Shown here in pieces: positions 57,326-60,001 of a DNA stretch of 60,001 nt (its first letter is position 1; every line of letters begins with the position of its first letter). The position numbers and the translations under genes are program-made. The stretch is from Patescibacteria group bacterium. Its GTDB lineage: Bacteria; Patescibacteriota; WWE3; UBA101185; UBA10185. A model generated the notes under the pieces. The model was given only the letters and a program-made list of their open reading frames with translations, had not been told where the DNA came from and made no database searches. Where the stretch lies: positions 110,802 through 170,802 of the forward strand of contig JAFGOI010000013.1 in assembly GCA_016926555.1 (NCBI GenBank), given 5' to 3'.

Positions 57326-59266
57326 ATGAGTATGGGTATAAAACAGATTGGACAAGAAGAAGTTTCGGGAATACTTGAGGGATACTTGCAGAAGGGTAGG
57401 GAAAGGGATGAAAAGGAGGAAAAAAGCAGAATGGAGGTGATTGAGAACATTGTTGATGAGATGTCAAGAAGGTATGAGGGCTATTTAGGGTATAAAACAG
57501 CAAGGGGAAAGGATAGTCCTTTTGGAAGGGAAGCAGATTATAGTTTTATCGAAGCAGCCGCAGAGGTTGCGGTTGATAATGAAGGTTTGACTCCTGTTGA
57601 GCAGCGTATTAAGAGAAGTGACTTTTTAACACTCCATTATGCAATTATCGGTGGTGGTTTAGATGAAATGATGCGTAAGTATGTAGAACAGCTTTCTCCT
57701 GAAGAAGCGGCAGAACTTAAAAGAGACGAGAGTAAAATGTTTGAGGTTGGTGCAGAGATAACAGCCGGGTTTATAGTCAAGCAAAGGGAAAAGAATAAAG
57801 AGGATGTACTAGTAGAAAGATTTCCAGATGCACCAACGACAGGTTTTGAGTTTGAATATACAGATCCCTTAAGAGCCCTTCTTGAAGATCTTGAAGTTGC
57901 ACCTAGAAGAGTAGCGATATTGGAAGCTATGCGGGATGATGATACTGAAAAGTTAAGGGGCAATATTTATGGTGAAGATGACATTAAGTTTTTGTTACTA
58001 CTGGAAAAAGCGGCTAAACTAGCTATGACTGGAGAAAATCCAAGCGGCTTTCGAGATTATATTGAAACAGAAATCGAATACAGAACAAAGGAGCTAGCTG
58101 AATTAAGAAAGCTTATGGAACTAACTCAAGGTATTGGTGAGCAAAAAGAATTGGAGGAAGGGTGTAGAAACCGTCTCCAGTCGGGTACTGCCGTATATAT
58201 TGAACGCGCTGCAAACAGAGTGCAGGAATTGTTACAGAATATGTCAGGTGATAATGAGATGTTAGTTTCAGCTAGAGCAAATTTGGAGAGACAGCGGCAA
58301 CTTGTTTTGGGGAAGCTTGAATTTGATGAGGGGGATACGTTAACAAGTTTGGATGTTAACGCTATGAGATTACTTGTTCCAAGTCCGGCGTGGAGGTTGT
58401 CCTCCACAGCCCCTTTTCAGGTTAAAGATGAGTTAAGATCCTTAGAAGAAGTAATTACACAACCTTCCTTATCAGTTAGAATGCAGTTGAGGGATTTTGT
58501 GTATGCGGTAAAGTTGGGTGCGTTTGGCGGCGAGCACTTAAACGTACACCAAACACTTGCTGGAGTTGAGCTTACACCGAAAAGGACAGATTTCATGGAA
58601 GTCACGGCCATTTTGGAAGCAGCAGGTTTAAATAATCCAAACAGGGAAATTCCAGATTATATACTACAAGAAATAGAGAGTGGTAAAGACGGGTATGTTA
58701 AGCCGTTTAAGAAAATTTCTAAGTGTGCGGATGGCAAGTATTATTATTTTCCGTACTTTGGAGTAAAAAATAATGTCGCAGGAGCAGTAGCTTATCCGCG
58801 TGAGGCCAGAACTTTATTAGAGTTAAGGGCGATGCGTGGTTTTGATCCGGAAACTTCCTTTTCCGCACATGTAAGGGCAAGTACTTTTACCTGGTTGGCC
58901 GCTTGGGGAGAACAGGCGGCAAATATTGATGAAGGATCGAGGACTCCTGAGCAGCGGCAACTAGTCGAAGCATGGGAGACCTTATTGAGTGGTTGGAAAG
59001 ATTTGTTGGAAGATAAGGAAATTACACAACCTCAAGGTGAAGATCGGTATCAGGAAGTAGAAGTAAGTATGGACGCGGAAACAGGTATACCCAAAATTGA
59101 TTATATTGGAGATGAGAAATATTCTCTTTACGTTCAACAGATTTCTGCAAAAAGAATTAGAGAAGAGCAACAAGGCAAATCACGCGATCCGGATTCGTTT
59201 AGATCTAGAGCAAGAAGGCTGATAACAGAATACGACAGAAAAGCAAAGGAAGCTATTGGTTATTGA
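57326..59266 (+). CDS. Large protein with putative COOH-NH2 ligase (amidoligase/GCS-like) motifs
   Basis: TGFEFEY, HLNVHQT and LELRAM in the order typical of this fold. Confidence 0.45.
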   Translation: MSMGIKQIGQEEVSGILEGYLQKGRERDEKEEKSRMEVIENIVDEMSRRYEGYLGYKTARGKDSPFGREADYSFIEAAAEVAVDNEGLTPVEQRIKRSDFLTLHYAIIGGGLDEMMRKYVEQLSPEEAAELKRDESKMFEVGAEITAGFIVKQREKNKEDVLVERFPDAPTTGFEFEYTDPLRALLEDLEVAPRRVAILEAMRDDDTEKLRGNIYGEDDIKFLLLLEKAAKLAMTGENPSGFRDYIETEIEYRTKELAELRKLMELTQGIGEQKELEEGCRNRLQSGTAVYIERAANRVQELLQNMSGDNEMLVSARANLERQRQLVLGKLEFDEGDTLTSLDVNAMRLLVPSPAWRLSSTAPFQVKDELRSLEEVITQPSLSVRMQLRDFVYAVKLGAFGGEHLNVHQTLAGVELTPKRTDFMEVTAILEAAGLNNPNREIPDYILQEIESGKDGYVKPFKKISKCADGKYYYFPYFGVKNNVAGAVAYPREARTLLELRAMRGFDPETSFSAHVRASTFTWLAAWGEQAANIDEGSRTPEQRQLVEAWETLLSGWKDLLEDKEITQPQGEDRYQEVEVSMDAETGIPKIDYIGDEKYSLYVQQISAKRIREEQQGKSRDPDSFRSRARRLITEYDRKAKEAIGY

Positions 59267-59284
59267 AATCTTCTAATCCTTGCG

Positions 59285-59701
59285 GTGTCAGATATGGCCG
59301 TTTTGCAAAACAAGCCAGAATCACATACGCCGGAGAATGATATTCCTATGGCGGGAAACCAGGAAGATTCTAAAAGTCTTACTGAATGCTTAGGTTTCCT
59401 GGAAGGTGTGCATACTGCGCAGGAAAGGCAGCAGATTCTCAATACAGTATTTACAGAAGAAAGACGAGAAAATTTGGTAGCAACTGCACCAGAGGACTCT
59501 TTGAGGAGAAAAGTACGATATTACCGCTTTATGCCGTGGGATAAATTTTGCACCATGTTGGAAGAGGGGGAGTCTAAACCCGAACATTTTTTCGAAGATT
59601 TTGATTCAGAACTGGCTTTTGTAGAACTAAAATATTTTCTACTGTGGGTGTCATTAGCCATTGGTCCTCACCTCTTTCTAATTTTAATTTATTACACATA
59701 A
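59285..59701 (+). CDS. Hypothetical protein, probably 3'-truncated at a junction near 59640
   Basis: Acidic N-terminus; the hydrophobic tail is the antisense read of a minus-strand SD/leader region. Confidence 0.45.
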   Translation: MSDMAVLQNKPESHTPENDIPMAGNQEDSKSLTECLGFLEGVHTAQERQQILNTVFTEERRENLVATAPEDSLRRKVRYYRFMPWDKFCTMLEEGESKPEHFFEDFDSELAFVELKYFLLWVSLAIGPHLFLILIYYT

Positions 59702-59702
59702 C

Positions 59703-59758
59703 AAAAAAAGCGCTCAAACTTACACGCAACCCAATGGTTGTATATAAGTTCAAGCGCT
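59703..59758 (-). terminator. Long intrinsic terminator in the candidate leader RNA
   Basis: 23-bp stem (59758-59736 with 59731-59709; four G-U pairs, one mismatch), 4-nt loop, U tract. Confidence 0.85.
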
Positions 59759-59827
59759 CGAGACTGTTAGGTCGGATGAGCTACTTTCGCCAGTGGCGAA
59801 TTGCTCCTGAACAGGGAGATTGTAGCA
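59703..59827 (-). ncRNA. Candidate riboswitch / attenuator leader RNA
   Basis: Extended -10 TGCTACAAT (59827-59819); compact multi-stem domain 59814-59764; alternative antiterminator pairing; terminator; downstream SD GAGGTGAG and ATG 59661. Confidence 0.5.
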
Positions 59828-60001
59828 CAAAAGTTCTGAGTAGTCTCGTTAAGCCTCCAAAACATAGAACTGAGTGTTTATTGTTATTCCAGGGAGAAAA
59901 TGTTGTAAATTCCACTGGTCGGGGTGGCCGGACTCGGTCACGTGTCCTAGTTTCATTATGCAAAAGTTACTTTATAAATTAGGAAACTTTTGCTAACTCA
60001 A

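Noticed and set aside
59644-59982. ORFs 59644-59982 (+) and 59781-59963 (-)
   Set aside because: No recognisable motifs or start signals; the region is better explained as structured non-coding leader
1-60001. CRISPR array, cas/tnpB genes, reverse transcriptase or DGR, prophage
   Set aside because: No repeat-spacer array, RT motifs, RuvC-type nuclease or phage structural genes were seen
1-60001. UGA recoding (genetic code 25)
   Set aside because: Conserved genes are full length under code 11 and several end at TGA

Overview
This is an AT-rich, gene-dense chromosomal window from a Patescibacteria (CPR) genome, probably WWE3/Microgenomates-like. That placement is inferred from the short AlaRS, the PrgI/VirB4 locus, DUF4012 and PEGA proteins, and near-leaderless genes. 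It uses the standard genetic code. Housekeeping content: tRNA-Cys, alaS, groES/groEL and hsp20 with CIRCE-like operators, rnhA, rpmH-rnpA-yidD-yidC-jag-dnaN, miaB-miaA, RNase P RNA, mltG, ftsE-ftsX-M23, tsaE-tsaB, murF and gmk. The ORF track misses rpmH and RNase P RNA. Accessory content: a TcmP/radical-SAM pair beside an HhH glycosylase, a divergent DUF62 protein, a TrmB-DUF6390-EamA module, a minimal IS200-type element, GC-rich orphan genes followed by hairpins, several gene remnants, and a divergent amidoligase-fold protein. The most interesting signal is at the right edge on the minus strand: a ~110-nt riboswitch-like leader with a promoter, a compact aptamer, mutually exclusive antiterminator/terminator helices, and an SD-ATG whose gene body appears to be lost. 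All family assignments come from motif recognition by eye; no database searches were run.
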